A stretch of DNA of 64,000 nucleotides from an uncultured virus (IMG/VR IMGVR_UViG_3300014576_000001) (Duplodnaviria > Heunggongvirae > Uroviricota > Caudoviricetes): IMG/VR virus record IMGVR_UViG_3300014576_000001; one strand, given 5' to 3'. A program made the translations under genes and the position numbers. Of this stretch, positions 28,563 through 38,409 are shown in pieces. The stretch's first letter is position 1, and each line of letters opens with the position of its first letter. The notes below the pieces were generated by a model, which was given only the letters and a program-made list of their open reading frames with translations, was not told where the DNA came from and ran no database searches.

Positions 28563-28781
28563 TCAGGAGAGGTATTTGGTGAGGGCTACCGTGGCCGCGG
28601 CTACCGCGCCCACTAGCCCCGAGGCCATCGCCAGTGGATACCAGAGCGCTTCGCGACTCAGCTTGTGCGCTTCGTTGCGCAGCTTGGAGGTCTCCGCGTT
28701 CAGCTTGCTGGTTTCTGCCATCAGCTTTGCGATCTCGGAGTGAATCTTTTCGAGTTCGGCGGTTGTCATTTCGATGCTCAT
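28563..28781 (-). CDS. 72-aa coiled-coil protein with C-terminal transmembrane helix
   Basis: Heptads EIAKLMAETSKLNAETSKL then WYPLAMASGLVGAVAAATVAL. Confidence 0.75.
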   Translation of the reverse strand: MSIEMTTAELEKIHSEIAKLMAETSKLNAETSKLRNEAHKLSREALWYPLAMASGLVGAVAAATVALTKYLS

Positions 28782-28836
28782 TCGTGCTTCCCCTTGGGGC
28801 TGTCGGGCCGGGCGATATGCGCTTCCCATGTGCTGA

Positions 28837-28865
28837 ATAATAGGCCCATTGGGCCTAATGGTCAA
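28837..28865 (-). promoter_or_regulatory. Sigma70 promoter with an embedded 17-bp palindromic operator
   Basis: TTGACC-17-TATTAT; TAGGCCC-ATT-GGGCCTA at 28841-28857. Confidence 0.75.
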
Positions 28866-29074
28866 GGCTTTTAATAGAGCATTGTTGCTGAGGTGACCAT
28901 AGCTGGGGTGGCCCTTCGGGGAAGGCCCGGACGCGGTATCGCCGGTCAGTCACGCGTACGACCAGAACACCGGCAGCTAATGCGCCCCGCTCCAAGACTT
29001 TCGGGACGGCATCAGCCGACTCGCCGCCGCAAGCGGCTTTTGAATTTCCTTGAGACCCGATGCTTCCTGTGGTC

Positions 29075-29401
29075 TCAGATGTCCAGCAAGTCAGCGGCAA
29101 TGCCCAACGCCGCTGCGATCTTGTCGCGAGTGGCTTTTCTGGGGTTCGCTGCCTGTTCCTGCTGGGCGTAGGCGGATTGGGTGATGCCGATGCGTTCTGC
29201 CACTTGCGCCTGGGATAATCCCAAGTGCTTGCGCCAAGCCGCAGCAGCGGAGAGGTCTTCCTTCACCATGTAGCCCACTACCTCGTTCGGGACCAAGTCC
29301 TCTTGGGGATGGTCCTTTATGTACTGGGCGTACGGGATGACCACAAAGGCCGGCGCTCCGTCCGGCCCATTGATGATTTGCACGTTAGTAGGTGTGTTCA
29401 T
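29075..29401 (-). CDS. HigA-like HTH antitoxin
   Basis: PAFVVIPY N-terminus; WRKHLGLSQAQVAERIGITQSAYAQQE. Confidence 0.85.
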   Translation of the reverse strand: MNTPTNVQIINGPDGAPAFVVIPYAQYIKDHPQEDLVPNEVVGYMVKEDLSAAAAWRKHLGLSQAQVAERIGITQSAYAQQEQAANPRKATRDKIAAALGIAADLLDI

Positions 29402-29639
29402 CGCGCTTTTTCACCTCTTCGATATTCACGATCTTTACGCCGCCGTCCCAGTCGAACATGACTCGGTAGTTACCTACCCGGAGACGGTAGCCGTATTGGT
29501 GGTTGGTGAGGCTTTTGATGTTCTGGACGTTCGGCATGTAGGCCAGTGCCTGAGCTGCGTCGTAGACCTTGACCTGATCGGCCTTGTTGATCTTGCCGAG
29601 CTGCTTCGATGCTTTCCGTGTCCAGTTGATCTTGTTCAT
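29385..29639 (-). CDS. RelE/HigB family toxin
   Basis: WTRKASKQLGK, YRLRVGNYRVMF; toxin-first gene order. Confidence 0.88.
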   Translation of the reverse strand: MNKINWTRKASKQLGKINKADQVKVYDAAQALAYMPNVQNIKSLTNHQYGYRLRVGNYRVMFDWDGGVKIVNIEEVKKRDEHTY

Positions 29640-29791
29640 GTCTGCCTCGCTGTGTGTGAGGCAATTATAAGCATTTTAATAAGTGTCTACAAGTGTTTAT
29701 AGTGGATATGCTTATTACTCAATGAGCCTCGGTATTGGCCGGGGCTTTTTTCATTCTCCGATCCCGAAAGGGTGGACAGTCGGATGTCGAC

Positions 29792-30109
29792 ATGCCGGAT
29801 AAAACACCTGACTTCTGGGCGCATGTCTGGCTCGTACTTTCGAATCCGCTCTGGCAAGGAGCGATCATGGCCGGGACTATCTCTGCGCTGCGTGTCCTTT
29901 ATGAGGGCAAAGAAGCGAACAAATGGCGCGTGCTTCTTGAAGCGCTAATGTGCGGCGGGCTGAGCCTGTCAGCCAGTAGTGTCATCGAGTGGATGGCATG
30001 GCCGTCCAGCCTGTCGGTCGGCGCCGGTGGTGCAATTGGTTTCATCGGCGTCACCGCGATCCGCGAGCTGATCGTCAAGTTCCTTGGCCGCAAGGTGGAC
30101 ACGCTATGA
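29792..30109 (+). CDS. Holin, lambda family
   Basis: Three hydrophobic segments; LEALMCGGL, GGAIGFIGV; basic C-terminus. Confidence 0.88.
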   Translation: MPDKTPDFWAHVWLVLSNPLWQGAIMAGTISALRVLYEGKEANKWRVLLEALMCGGLSLSASSVIEWMAWPSSLSVGAGGAIGFIGVTAIRELIVKFLGRKVDTL

Positions 30110-30525
30110 AGGCATTTGCAGCGGCATTCATCATTGCGCTGGTCGGTCTGCTGCTCGCGGGCTTGCAGCAGTACCGCGTCGTTGCGCTGCGGGGGGAGGT
30201 GGCCATCGAGACGAAGGCCAAACAGGATGCACTTGATGCCAACGCCGAGAGCCAGGCCACGATAACCACGCTGCGCGCCGAGGCCCAACGCAACGCGAAC
30301 TATCAAGCCGACCTCAACAAACGACTGAAGGCCAGCGAGCAGAAAGCCCAGCAGGCGAGGAGAGACTTTGAAGACCTCAAGCGTAAAAGCCCGGCTGTTC
30401 GCAAGTGGGCTGATCAGCCTCTGCCTGACGGCCTGCGCGGCAAGCCAGCCAGCGCCGGTAAAAACGACAACGGTAAGGCTCGAACCCCCTGTGCTGATCC
30501 CATGCGAGCGGGTCAACAATGCTGA
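30106..30525 (+). CDS. Inner-membrane spanin (Rz/LysB-like)
   Basis: N-terminal TM helix, coiled coil, VRKWADQPLPD. Confidence 0.8.
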   Translation: MKAFAAAFIIALVGLLLAGLQQYRVVALRGEVAIETKAKQDALDANAESQATITTLRAEAQRNANYQADLNKRLKASEQKAQQARRDFEDLKRKSPAVRKWADQPLPDGLRGKPASAGKNDNGKARTPCADPMRAGQQC

Positions 30526-30640
30526 TTACGACCTCACGCTAAACGGCGACCTTTGGGACTTGAAGGATCGGGCAATCAACCTGCTAGACACCTGTGCCGA
30601 TCAGGTCGATGCGCAGATCCAGCGCAGCAAAACAAAATAA
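30368..30640 (+). CDS. Outer-membrane spanin (Rz1/LysC-like lipoprotein), overlapping frame
   Basis: Lipobox LTAC; NGDL...CADQVD. Confidence 0.78.
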   Translation: MKTSSVKARLFASGLISLCLTACAASQPAPVKTTTVRLEPPVLIPCERVNNADYDLTLNGDLWDLKDRAINLLDTCADQVDAQIQRSKTK

Positions 30641-30646
30641 GGTCGT

Positions 30647-30889
30647 TTATGGGATTCGTTTACGCCGCAAGGTGGACGCCTGGCATATCGCGCGCGTGTG
30701 CTTTGTATCCAGGATCAGAAACTCCATTGCCTCGGACAATGTGATATTTCTTTTGGAGTCGCTTAACAGCTGATACCTCTCTGACTCCTCATGAGTGAGT
30801 CCAAGAAAGATTTCCAATCCTTGGTCATCGTGAGTTAAAGCGAGCCGCCGCGTGAGCCACGCGCGCTCTTCTTCAGTCAGATCCAGCAT
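30647..30889 (-). CDS. Small counter-oriented cargo protein
   Basis: MLDLTEEERAWL...GLTHEES; GAGGAAG RBS. Confidence 0.55.
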   Translation of the reverse strand: MLDLTEEERAWLTRRLALTHDDQGLEIFLGLTHEESERYQLLSDSKRNITLSEAMEFLILDTKHTRAICQASTLRRKRIP

Positions 30890-31051
30890 GTCCACTTCCT
30901 CACTAATGAAGCGGTAATGCGTTATGTCACAATGCCACTTCTATCATACGCTAAATTCGCAGGGTAACGATCCGACGAGCGTAAGGGTATCGAATTGTGA
31001 ACATGCAGGAGCGGCCAGCTTTGTATTCAAGCAGCCATCAGGAGCTGTTTA

Positions 31052-31441
31052 TCAGGCAGCCAAGCGCAGGATCAAGCGGCTCAAAACGTCTACAGACCAT
31101 GGCTTGGAGACGTATGTTATGCCCGACTCTAGCTTGTAAGCGGTACCAGCTACTCCCGAGGTCACGACAATGGGAAGGCCCGGGAAGATCGACATTGCCT
31201 TGATCGCCAGTTCCCCGCCGGTGATCTCCCCCGGTGTGCGGTAATCAGTCCACAGCAGTCGAATCTCATCGCGGCTTTCTTGCAAGAACTTCAGCGCCTC
31301 ATCCGCCTTGGTGAATATCAGCGGTCTGAAGCCTAGATCCATCACAAGCTCGACCATTGCATCCAATTGCATCGGTTCATCCTCAACCAACAACACGGAT
31401 CCGGAGCGTATTGGTACAGCTGCGTCTTCAGTTTGAACCAT
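31052..31441 (-). CDS. Single-domain response regulator (receiver only)
   Basis: VLLVEDE, LLWTD (phospho-Asp), VVTSG, SKPW. Confidence 0.85.
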   Translation of the reverse strand: MVQTEDAAVPIRSGSVLLVEDEPMQLDAMVELVMDLGFRPLIFTKADEALKFLQESRDEIRLLWTDYRTPGEITGGELAIKAMSIFPGLPIVVTSGVAGTAYKLESGITYVSKPWSVDVLSRLILRLAA

Positions 31442-31507
31442 CGTTTGATTATCCGTTGAGTAAAAGGGACTACCCCGAAAGGCACGTAATACCATTAAGG
31501 CGATAGC

Positions 31508-31636
31508 ATGAAAAAGTCCTGGTATGTGACCGTGCAGGGTTACCCACAATTCCCCATGATCCTGCAGGAAGATGCCGCCCACGCGACAGCGCTGGCCATT
31601 GCTCGGTTGGTATGGCCGACCTGTACAGTTGAGTGA
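31508..31636 (+). CDS. 42-aa hypothetical protein
   Basis: MKKSWYVTVQGYPQFPM...; TAAGG RBS; not in the ORF track. Confidence 0.45.
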   Translation: MKKSWYVTVQGYPQFPMILQEDAAHATALAIARLVWPTCTVE

Positions 31637-31641
31637 ACACC

Positions 31642-31800
31642 ATGGCAAAAATCAGCGCGACCACGACGATCAAGCGGGCATGGTGGGTGATCCCCTACAT
31701 CACTTTGGCCATTTGGTTGTGGCGCGTTCTCGACCAAAGACCTGAGCCTAAGACCATCGAACGTACAGTCCGTCGTGGCATTCAAGTGGATGTGGACTGA
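31642..31800 (+). CDS. 52-aa hypothetical protein
   Basis: MAKISATTTIKRAWWVIPYI...; TGATG coupling to the HNH gene. Confidence 0.5.
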   Translation: MAKISATTTIKRAWWVIPYITLAIWLWRVLDQRPEPKTIERTVRRGIQVDVD

Positions 31801-32174
31801 TGCCTAAACGTCCACAGAAGCCATGCAACGCTCAAAGTTGCAATACGCTGACCCGCAATGCGCGGTACTGCGACGATCACGCTCACCTGGATAAGCCATG
31901 GTCCGGACGAAAGGGATCTGGCCGAGGTGGACGGCCTTGGCGGCGTTTACGTGACCAAGTGTTGAGGCGCGACCACTTCATTTGCCAGTGCGATGAATGC
32001 AGGGCACAAGACCGCATTCGTCCGGCGCACGAAGTCGACCATATTGTGCCGGTGGCGGAGGGTGGCACCGATGATCCGTCGAATCTGAGAGCAATCAACC
32101 ACGACTGCCACGAAATGAAGACTCAGCATGAGTCGAAGGCAGGAATTGCACGCCGGTCCGTGCAAAACGCATGA
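31800..32174 (+). CDS. Packaging-associated HNH endonuclease (HK97 gp74-like)
   Basis: WRRLRDQVLRRD, EVDHIVP, NLRAINHDCH; immediately before terS. Confidence 0.9.
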   Translation: MPKRPQKPCNAQSCNTLTRNARYCDDHAHLDKPWSGRKGSGRGGRPWRRLRDQVLRRDHFICQCDECRAQDRIRPAHEVDHIVPVAEGGTDDPSNLRAINHDCHEMKTQHESKAGIARRSVQNA

Positions 32175-32305
32175 AATTGGCGGCAATTTTAGGCAATGCA
32201 CCAAATTGGGGCGGGGTGGGTCAAAAGTCTGGGGTTTTTCATACGGACACCGTCCCCCGAACTGGATTTTTACACCCGCGAAATTAAAAGTTTAGGAGTT
32301 GCGCG
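32175..32305 (+). other. Probable cos/packaging-initiation region
   Basis: G-rich GGGGCGGGGTGGGTCAAAAG intergenic stretch between HNH and terS, as in HK97-like cos phages; exact cut site not determined. Confidence 0.5.
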
Positions 32306-32794
32306 ATGGGAGGCACCGCCACGGTCGCCGGCCGTGGTCGCAAACCCAAGCCGACGGCCAAGAAAGCACTAGCCGGAAACCCTGGCAAGCGGGCGTTGAA
32401 TACGGCCGAACCGAAGTTTTCCGAGGTCGCGAAAGACATTGATCCGCCAGAGTGGCTCAGTCCGCGGGCGGCCACGATGTGGAAAATGCTGGTTCCCGAG
32501 TTGCTCCGAGAACACGTGATCGCGCTGACCGATCTGCACAACGTCGAAGCGTTCTGCACTGCCTACGACAAATGGCGGATGGCTGAAGAGTCGGTGCAGC
32601 AGTTCGGCATTGTGGTCGAGTCAGCTCAGGGCAGCCCGATGAAAAATCCGGCGCTGACCGCGGCGAACGAATCAATGCGCCAGATGGTGACCTTCGGCTC
32701 AATGCTTGGACTCGACCCTGCTAGCCGAACCCGGCTCATCGGCGGCAACAAAGAAAAAGTCACCAACGAATTTGCCCAACTCCTGAGCTCGTAA
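32306..32794 (+). CDS. Terminase small subunit (P27 family)
   Basis: GRKPKPT, GNPGKR, KNPA, LGLDPASR. Confidence 0.92.
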   Translation: MGGTATVAGRGRKPKPTAKKALAGNPGKRALNTAEPKFSEVAKDIDPPEWLSPRAATMWKMLVPELLREHVIALTDLHNVEAFCTAYDKWRMAEESVQQFGIVVESAQGSPMKNPALTAANESMRQMVTFGSMLGLDPASRTRLIGGNKEKVTNEFAQLLSS

Positions 32795-34522
32795 ATGCCC
32801 AAAGCCCTACACCCCAACGTCGACAAGGCGATGGCGTGGGGTCGGTCCGTTCTTCGCGGGAAGGTTCCGGCGTGCCGGTATATTCACCAGGCGATTCAGC
32901 GGCATTTCGACGATGTGGCCGCGAGCCGCAAGGGCAGTTTCAAGTACAAGTTTGATCCGGTAAAAGCTGAAAAAAAGATCAAGCTGATCCAACTGCTTCC
33001 TCATACGAAGGGAGAGTGGGCGTTTAAACGTCAACTGATCACGCTCGAGCCTTGGCAACTTTTCGGCCTTGCTCTCACCTTTGGATGGGTAAGGAAAAAG
33101 GGAGCGTACCGGCGCTTCCGCGAAAGCTACTGGGAGATTCCGAGGAAAAATGGGAAAAGTCTGATCGCCGCCGGCGTTGGCATCAGCATGTTCGTGGCCG
33201 ATGGTGAATTCGGCGCAGAGGTCTATTCCGGCGCGACCACTGAGAAGCAGGCATGGGAGGTGTTTCGCCCGGCAAAGTTGATGGTGAGCAAGTCGCCTAT
33301 GCTGATTCAGGCGGCGGGTATCGAGGTCAACGCCTCGAACATGAACATCCCTTCAGACTTCAGCCGCTTCGAGCCGCTGATTGGCGATCCGGGTGACGGC
33401 GCGTCGCCAAGCTGCGCGATTGTCGACGAATACCACGAACACCGTACCTCGGCGCAGTACGACACCATGCTGACCGGCATGGGCGCCCGTCGGCAGCCGC
33501 TGATGTTCATCATCACGACCGCCGGCGCCGATATCGAAGGCCCGTGCTATGACAAGCGCCGTCAAGTGATCGAAATGCTGGAAGGCACAGTTCCGGATGA
33601 TGAGCTGTTCGGCTTCATCTGGACTTTGGATGAGGGTGACGACTGGACCGATCCGAAGATGCTGGCCAAGGCCAATCCGAACCATGGCGTGTCGGTTTTC
33701 CAGGACTACTTGGAGAGCATGCAGGCACGGGCGATCCGGTCGGCGCGGTTCACCAACACGTTCAAAACGAAGCATTTGAACCTGTGGGTAAGCGCAAAAT
33801 CCGGTTTCTTCAACATGGAAAGCTGGAAGGCGTGCGAGGACACCACGCTCACTTTGGACCAGTTCGCGGGGCAAGAGTGGATTGCCGGTTTCGACCTGGC
33901 GCGCAAACTCGACATGAACTCCCGCGCGCGGCTCTTCTGGCGGGTAATCGATGGTCGCATCCATTACTACAGCGTTGCCCCTAAGTTCTGGGTGCCCGAA
34001 GACACCGCATTCAACAGCGATAACAAGCGCATGAGCGAGCGGTTTCAGGCCTGGATCAACTCGCAGCACCTAGACATTACCGATGGCGCGGAGGTTGATT
34101 ACCGGGAAATCCTCGAAGACACCAAAGAGGCGAATCACCACGCGCCGCTTCGCGAGTCACCGATCGACCCGTTCGGTGCGACGGGCTTGAGCCACGAGCT
34201 CGACGACGAGGGATTCAGCCCGATCACCATCACCCAGAACTACACCAACATGTCGGACCCGATGAAGGAGCTGGAAGCGGCTATTGAGTCCGGACGGTTT
34301 CACCATGATGGAAACCCGATCATGACCTGGTGCGTGGCAAACGTGATTGGCAAGAACCTGCCAGGCAATAACGACGTCGTCCGGCCCATCAAGCAGGGAG
34401 ACGACAACAAGATTGACGGCGCAGTGGCGCTGATTATGGCGATCGGTCGAGTGCTCGTAGATGCAGCGCAAAACACGACTGAATCATTCATGGACTCAAT
34501 TCGGAACCCAATCATCGCATGA
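32795..34522 (+). CDS. Terminase large subunit
   Basis: PRKNGKS (Walker A), IVDEYH, ITTAG, KIDGAVA. Confidence 0.96.
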   Translation: MPKALHPNVDKAMAWGRSVLRGKVPACRYIHQAIQRHFDDVAASRKGSFKYKFDPVKAEKKIKLIQLLPHTKGEWAFKRQLITLEPWQLFGLALTFGWVRKKGAYRRFRESYWEIPRKNGKSLIAAGVGISMFVADGEFGAEVYSGATTEKQAWEVFRPAKLMVSKSPMLIQAAGIEVNASNMNIPSDFSRFEPLIGDPGDGASPSCAIVDEYHEHRTSAQYDTMLTGMGARRQPLMFIITTAGADIEGPCYDKRRQVIEMLEGTVPDDELFGFIWTLDEGDDWTDPKMLAKANPNHGVSVFQDYLESMQARAIRSARFTNTFKTKHLNLWVSAKSGFFNMESWKACEDTTLTLDQFAGQEWIAGFDLARKLDMNSRARLFWRVIDGRIHYYSVAPKFWVPEDTAFNSDNKRMSERFQAWINSQHLDITDGAEVDYREILEDTKEANHHAPLRESPIDPFGATGLSHELDDEGFSPITITQNYTNMSDPMKELEAAIESGRFHHDGNPIMTWCVANVIGKNLPGNNDVVRPIKQGDDNKIDGAVALIMAIGRVLVDAAQNTTESFMDSIRNPIIA

Positions 34523-34683
34523 GCTTGCCACTGGCATTTTTCATATTCACCGCGCTGGCCGGGTTCGGCCTGCTCGTCGGCGGGGTGTTTACTCTGCTTG
34601 GTACTGGCTGGGCGCTGGTCGCCGCTGCCGCGTCGATGTTCATGATTTCCGGCTTCATCAAGAAAGGATTAGCAGGTGAATAA
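34519..34683 (+). CDS. 54-aa two-helix membrane protein between terL and portal
   Basis: [23 protein letters not shown]...; overlaps both neighbours. Confidence 0.6.
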   Translation: MSLPLAFFIFTALAGFGLLVGGVFTLLGTGWALVAAAASMFMISGFIKKGLAGE

Positions 34684-35977
34684 ATCTCTTTCGCTGGTTC
34701 TCGGCAGGGCTGCGGCCAAGCCGATGAAGTCGCTCGGCGACTGGACCGGAAAGGCCATACGCCTGAGCGACGGAGGTTTCTGGGGATCATGGCTTGGCGG
34801 ACAGTCCAGCTCAGGCAAGACAGTGAACGTCGACAACGTGATGAGGCTTTCCACGGTCTGGGCATGTGTTCGCATCATCTCCACTTCGGTTGCCGGGCTT
34901 CCCCTTGGGATATACCGGCGCAAGGCCGATGGCGATCGAGAAGATGCGCGAGACTTCTCACTGTATGACGTGATCCACAACAGCCCCAACGAAGACATGA
35001 CGGCCTTCCAGTTCTGGCAGGCGGTCGTTGCCTCGATGTTGCTTTGGGGAAATGCCTATTGCGAGATTCACCGTGCGGGCGGTCGCGTGATTGCCCTGGA
35101 CTTCCTGATGCCATCGCGGGTCGATCTAGAAGTCGATGATGATGGACGCTTGGAATACTGGTACCGCCCAAAGAAAGGACCGCGGCGGCAGATCGCTCGG
35201 GTCGACATGCTTCACATCCCCGCATTCAGTATTGATGGCCGGGTCGGCATGTCGGCAATCAGGTTCGGCGCTGATGTGTTTGGTTCGGCGATGTCAGCGG
35301 ACGATGCGGCAAATGGCACCTTCAAGAACGGACTGTTGCCCACGGTCGCTTTCAGCGTGGATCGAATCCTCAAGCCCGAGCAGCGGGAGGATTTCCGGGA
35401 GTATGTGAAGACCGTTTCCGGCGCTATGAACGCGGGTAAATCTCCAGTCCTTGAGCAGGGCGTTAAGGCGGAGACAATCGGGATCAACCCCGTCGATGCG
35501 CAGCTACTGGAATCAAGGGGACACAGCATCGAGGAAATCTGCCGTTGGTTCGGCGTGCCACCGTGGATGGTCGGCAAAACCGACGCAGGCAGCAACTGGG
35601 GCACTGGGCTTGAACAGCAGATGATCGCGTTCCTGACCTTCTGCATCAGCTCAGTCACTAGCCAGATTCAGCAGTGCGTCAACAAGCGGCTGCTGAGTCC
35701 GGTTGACCGGCGTACTTACTACGCCGAGTTCTCGCTGGAAGCATTTTTGAAAGCAGACAGCGCGGGCCGGGCCGCTTGGTACAGCCAGATGACCCAGAAC
35801 GGGATCATGACCCGCGATGAGTGCCGGGTGAAGGAGAACCTGCCTCGGCACGGGGGGAATGCTGGCGTCCTCACCGTCCAAACCAACCTGGCTCCAATTG
35901 ATCAACTCGGCCAGTCAACAGACGGGCAGGCCGCTCAAGCAGCCCTAAAAAACTGGCTCGGCCAGACGCAGGAGTAA
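34676..35977 (+). CDS. Portal protein, HK97 family
   Basis: VWACVRIIS, LLWGNAY, EICRWFGVPP, MTRDECR. Confidence 0.95.
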   Translation: MNKSLSLVLGRAAAKPMKSLGDWTGKAIRLSDGGFWGSWLGGQSSSGKTVNVDNVMRLSTVWACVRIISTSVAGLPLGIYRRKADGDREDARDFSLYDVIHNSPNEDMTAFQFWQAVVASMLLWGNAYCEIHRAGGRVIALDFLMPSRVDLEVDDDGRLEYWYRPKKGPRRQIARVDMLHIPAFSIDGRVGMSAIRFGADVFGSAMSADDAANGTFKNGLLPTVAFSVDRILKPEQREDFREYVKTVSGAMNAGKSPVLEQGVKAETIGINPVDAQLLESRGHSIEEICRWFGVPPWMVGKTDAGSNWGTGLEQQMIAFLTFCISSVTSQIQQCVNKRLLSPVDRRTYYAEFSLEAFLKADSAGRAAWYSQMTQNGIMTRDECRVKENLPRHGGNAGVLTVQTNLAPIDQLGQSTDGQAAQAALKNWLGQTQE

Positions 35978-35979
35978 CC

Positions 35980-36843
35980 ATGCCTCTGAACATCAAAGCC
36001 CGCAGCTTCAACTGCGAGCTGAGCCCTCGCGCGCTCGATTTGTGGAACCCCGACCTGCGTGCTGCGCTGGAGTCCGGTACCGACACCATCACCATGTACG
36101 GCATCATCGGCGAGGACTGGTTCGGCGAGGGTGTCACCCTCAAACGTGTGGACGCCGCGTTGCGGGCCATTGGTGACAAGCCCGTCACCGTCTACATCAA
36201 CTCGCCAGGCGGCGACATGTTCGAAGGCATCGCGATTTACAACCGCCTGCTCGAGCATTCACAGGAAGTGACCATCAAGGTTCTTGGCCTGGCGGCGTCG
36301 GCCGCCTCTGTCATCGCAATGGCCGGCGCGAAACGCGAAGTGGCGAAGACCGCATTTCTGATGATTCACAACTGCTGGACATACTTCGCGGGCAACCGGC
36401 ACGACATCCGCGAGTTGGCAGACACCATGGAAGAGTTTGATCGAGCCATGATCAGCCTCTACGCGGATACGAGCGGCCAGGATGAAGCGACCGTGGAGAA
36501 GATGCTCGACGCGGAGACCTACATGAACGGGGCGAACGCGGTCGACAAAGGTTTTGCCACGGGGCTGATTTCCGCTGCCGAAGTCGAGCAGGCCCCGAGC
36601 GAAGATGGCACCCAGGCCCACTCGGCTCGCAAGCTGGACGCGGCGCTGGCCAAGTCCGGCATGCCGCGCAGCGAACGGCGCAAACTGATTTCCCAGATCA
36701 AGACCAGCACGTCCAGTACTGCTGGCGGCGACACGCCTTGCGCTGTCGTGCCGGGCACGCCTTGCGCTGCCCTTGATGTATCCGCGTTTGAAGAAACCGC
36801 AAACCAGGCGTCAGCACTTCGAGGCCTGATCCCCGGCTTCTGA
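35980..36843 (+). CDS. Head maturation protease, ClpP-like
   Basis: INSPGGD, AASAAS, LMIHN. Confidence 0.93.
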   Translation: MPLNIKARSFNCELSPRALDLWNPDLRAALESGTDTITMYGIIGEDWFGEGVTLKRVDAALRAIGDKPVTVYINSPGGDMFEGIAIYNRLLEHSQEVTIKVLGLAASAASVIAMAGAKREVAKTAFLMIHNCWTYFAGNRHDIRELADTMEEFDRAMISLYADTSGQDEATVEKMLDAETYMNGANAVDKGFATGLISAAEVEQAPSEDGTQAHSARKLDAALAKSGMPRSERRKLISQIKTSTSSTAGGDTPCAVVPGTPCAALDVSAFEETANQASALRGLIPGF

Positions 36844-36912
36844 TTGGCTGAACCAAAAACTGACCGTCAACCGCCCGAGAGGCGGTTTTTTCATTTCTGA
36901 AAGGACAAAACC

Positions 36913-38112
36913 ATGCCGCCAGATCTTTCCGCAATTGAAGCTTCTCAGAAGCAAACCCAAGCCGACCTGAAAGCCGTCGGCGATCAGATCAAGACCTATG
37001 CCGAGCGCACCGAGAAGGAAATCAAAGCCTCCGGTGAAATGCAGATTGAGACCCGTGCCAAGGTTGACGAACTGTTGACCAAGCAGGGCGAACTCCAGGC
37101 GCGGATGCTTGATGCCGAGCAGAAGCTAGTGAATGCAAACCAAGGGCGCCATCGTCCAGATCATCAGCAGTCCGTCGGCGAGATTGTCGTCGCTTCCGAC
37201 GAGATGAAAGGTGTTGATTCCTCGTTCCGTGGCTCGCGTCGCATTGCCGTTCCCCGCGCAGCAATCACGTCTGCTCCTGGCTCGGGTGCCGACTTGGTTC
37301 CAGCTGATCGACTCTACGGCGTACAGGCCGCTCCTGAGCGACGGCTCACAATCCGCGATCTGATCGCGCCAGGCCAGACCGCTGGCAATGCCGTTGAGTA
37401 TGTCCAAGAAGACGGCTTCACCAACAACGCCGCACCGGTGGCGGAAGGTACCGCCAAGCCCTATTCGGATCTGAAGTTCAAACTGGAAAACGCGCCGGTC
37501 CGTACCTTGGCGCACCTGTTCAAAGCGAGTCGTCAGATTCTGGACGACGCACCGGCGCTGCAAAGCTTCATCAACGCTCGTGGTCGGTACGGTCTGAAAC
37601 TGGCGGAAGAGGCCCAGCTTCTTTTTGGTAGCGGCGTGGGCGCGAATATCGGCGGCATCGTGCCGCTGGCTCAGGCGTATGCCGCACCAGGTGGCGTAGC
37701 TGTTGTAGGCGAGCAGCAGATCGACCGTCTCCGCCTGGCGTTGCTACAGGCAGAGCTGGCTGAGTTTCCGTCCGATGGCATCGTATTGAACCCGATTGAT
37801 TGGGCTCTGATCGAGCTTCTGAAAGACGCCAACGGCAATTACCTGATCGGCCAACCTCAGGGCAACACCCAGCCGACACTGTGGCGCCGGCCGGTGGTCG
37901 CGACGCAGTCCATGCCGAAAAACGATTTCTTGGTCGGCGCATTCGCACTGGGCGCTCAGATCTTTGACCGTATGGACGTGGAGATCCTGATCTCGACAGA
38001 GAACGACAAGGATTTCGAGAACAACATGATCACTGTCCGTGCAGAACAACGGCTGGCATTGGCCGTATATCGTCCAGAAGCGTTCGTCACTGGCGATCTC
38101 ATCACGGCATAG
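36913..38112 (+). CDS. Major capsid protein, HK97 family
   Basis: Coiled-coil delta domain; VAEGTAKP, ASRQILDD, RPEAFV. Confidence 0.95.
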   Translation: MPPDLSAIEASQKQTQADLKAVGDQIKTYAERTEKEIKASGEMQIETRAKVDELLTKQGELQARMLDAEQKLVNANQGRHRPDHQQSVGEIVVASDEMKGVDSSFRGSRRIAVPRAAITSAPGSGADLVPADRLYGVQAAPERRLTIRDLIAPGQTAGNAVEYVQEDGFTNNAAPVAEGTAKPYSDLKFKLENAPVRTLAHLFKASRQILDDAPALQSFINARGRYGLKLAEEAQLLFGSGVGANIGGIVPLAQAYAAPGGVAVVGEQQIDRLRLALLQAELAEFPSDGIVLNPIDWALIELLKDANGNYLIGQPQGNTQPTLWRRPVVATQSMPKNDFLVGAFALGAQIFDRMDVEILISTENDKDFENNMITVRAEQRLALAVYRPEAFVTGDLITA

Positions 38113-38162
38113 CTCGCAATTACTGCGCCGCCCCCGGGCGGCGCATCTGCAGGAGAGGAAAA

Positions 38163-38408
38163 ATGGCTCGTACCAGTAGCACTGACAAACAACCGAACAG
38201 CGAATCCGATAGCTGCGCTGCTGTCGGGAATGATGCCCAGGCATCCACCGAGAAGACTCAGTCTTCCGAGGTCACGGTGTACCCACTGCGAACCTACCTG
38301 GATGGCAAAGACATGCGGCGGGTTGGTGAACCCTACCAAGTGGCGAAGCATGAGGCTGCCGTCCTGAAAGCCAAAAAGCTGGCCACTGACCAAAAGCCGA
38401 AGGACTGA
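38163..38408 (+). CDS. Small head-associated protein
   Basis: 81-aa ORF after the capsid gene, with RBS. Confidence 0.6.
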   Translation: MARTSSTDKQPNSESDSCAAVGNDAQASTEKTQSSEVTVYPLRTYLDGKDMRRVGEPYQVAKHEAAVLKAKKLATDQKPKD

Positions 38409-38409
38409 A

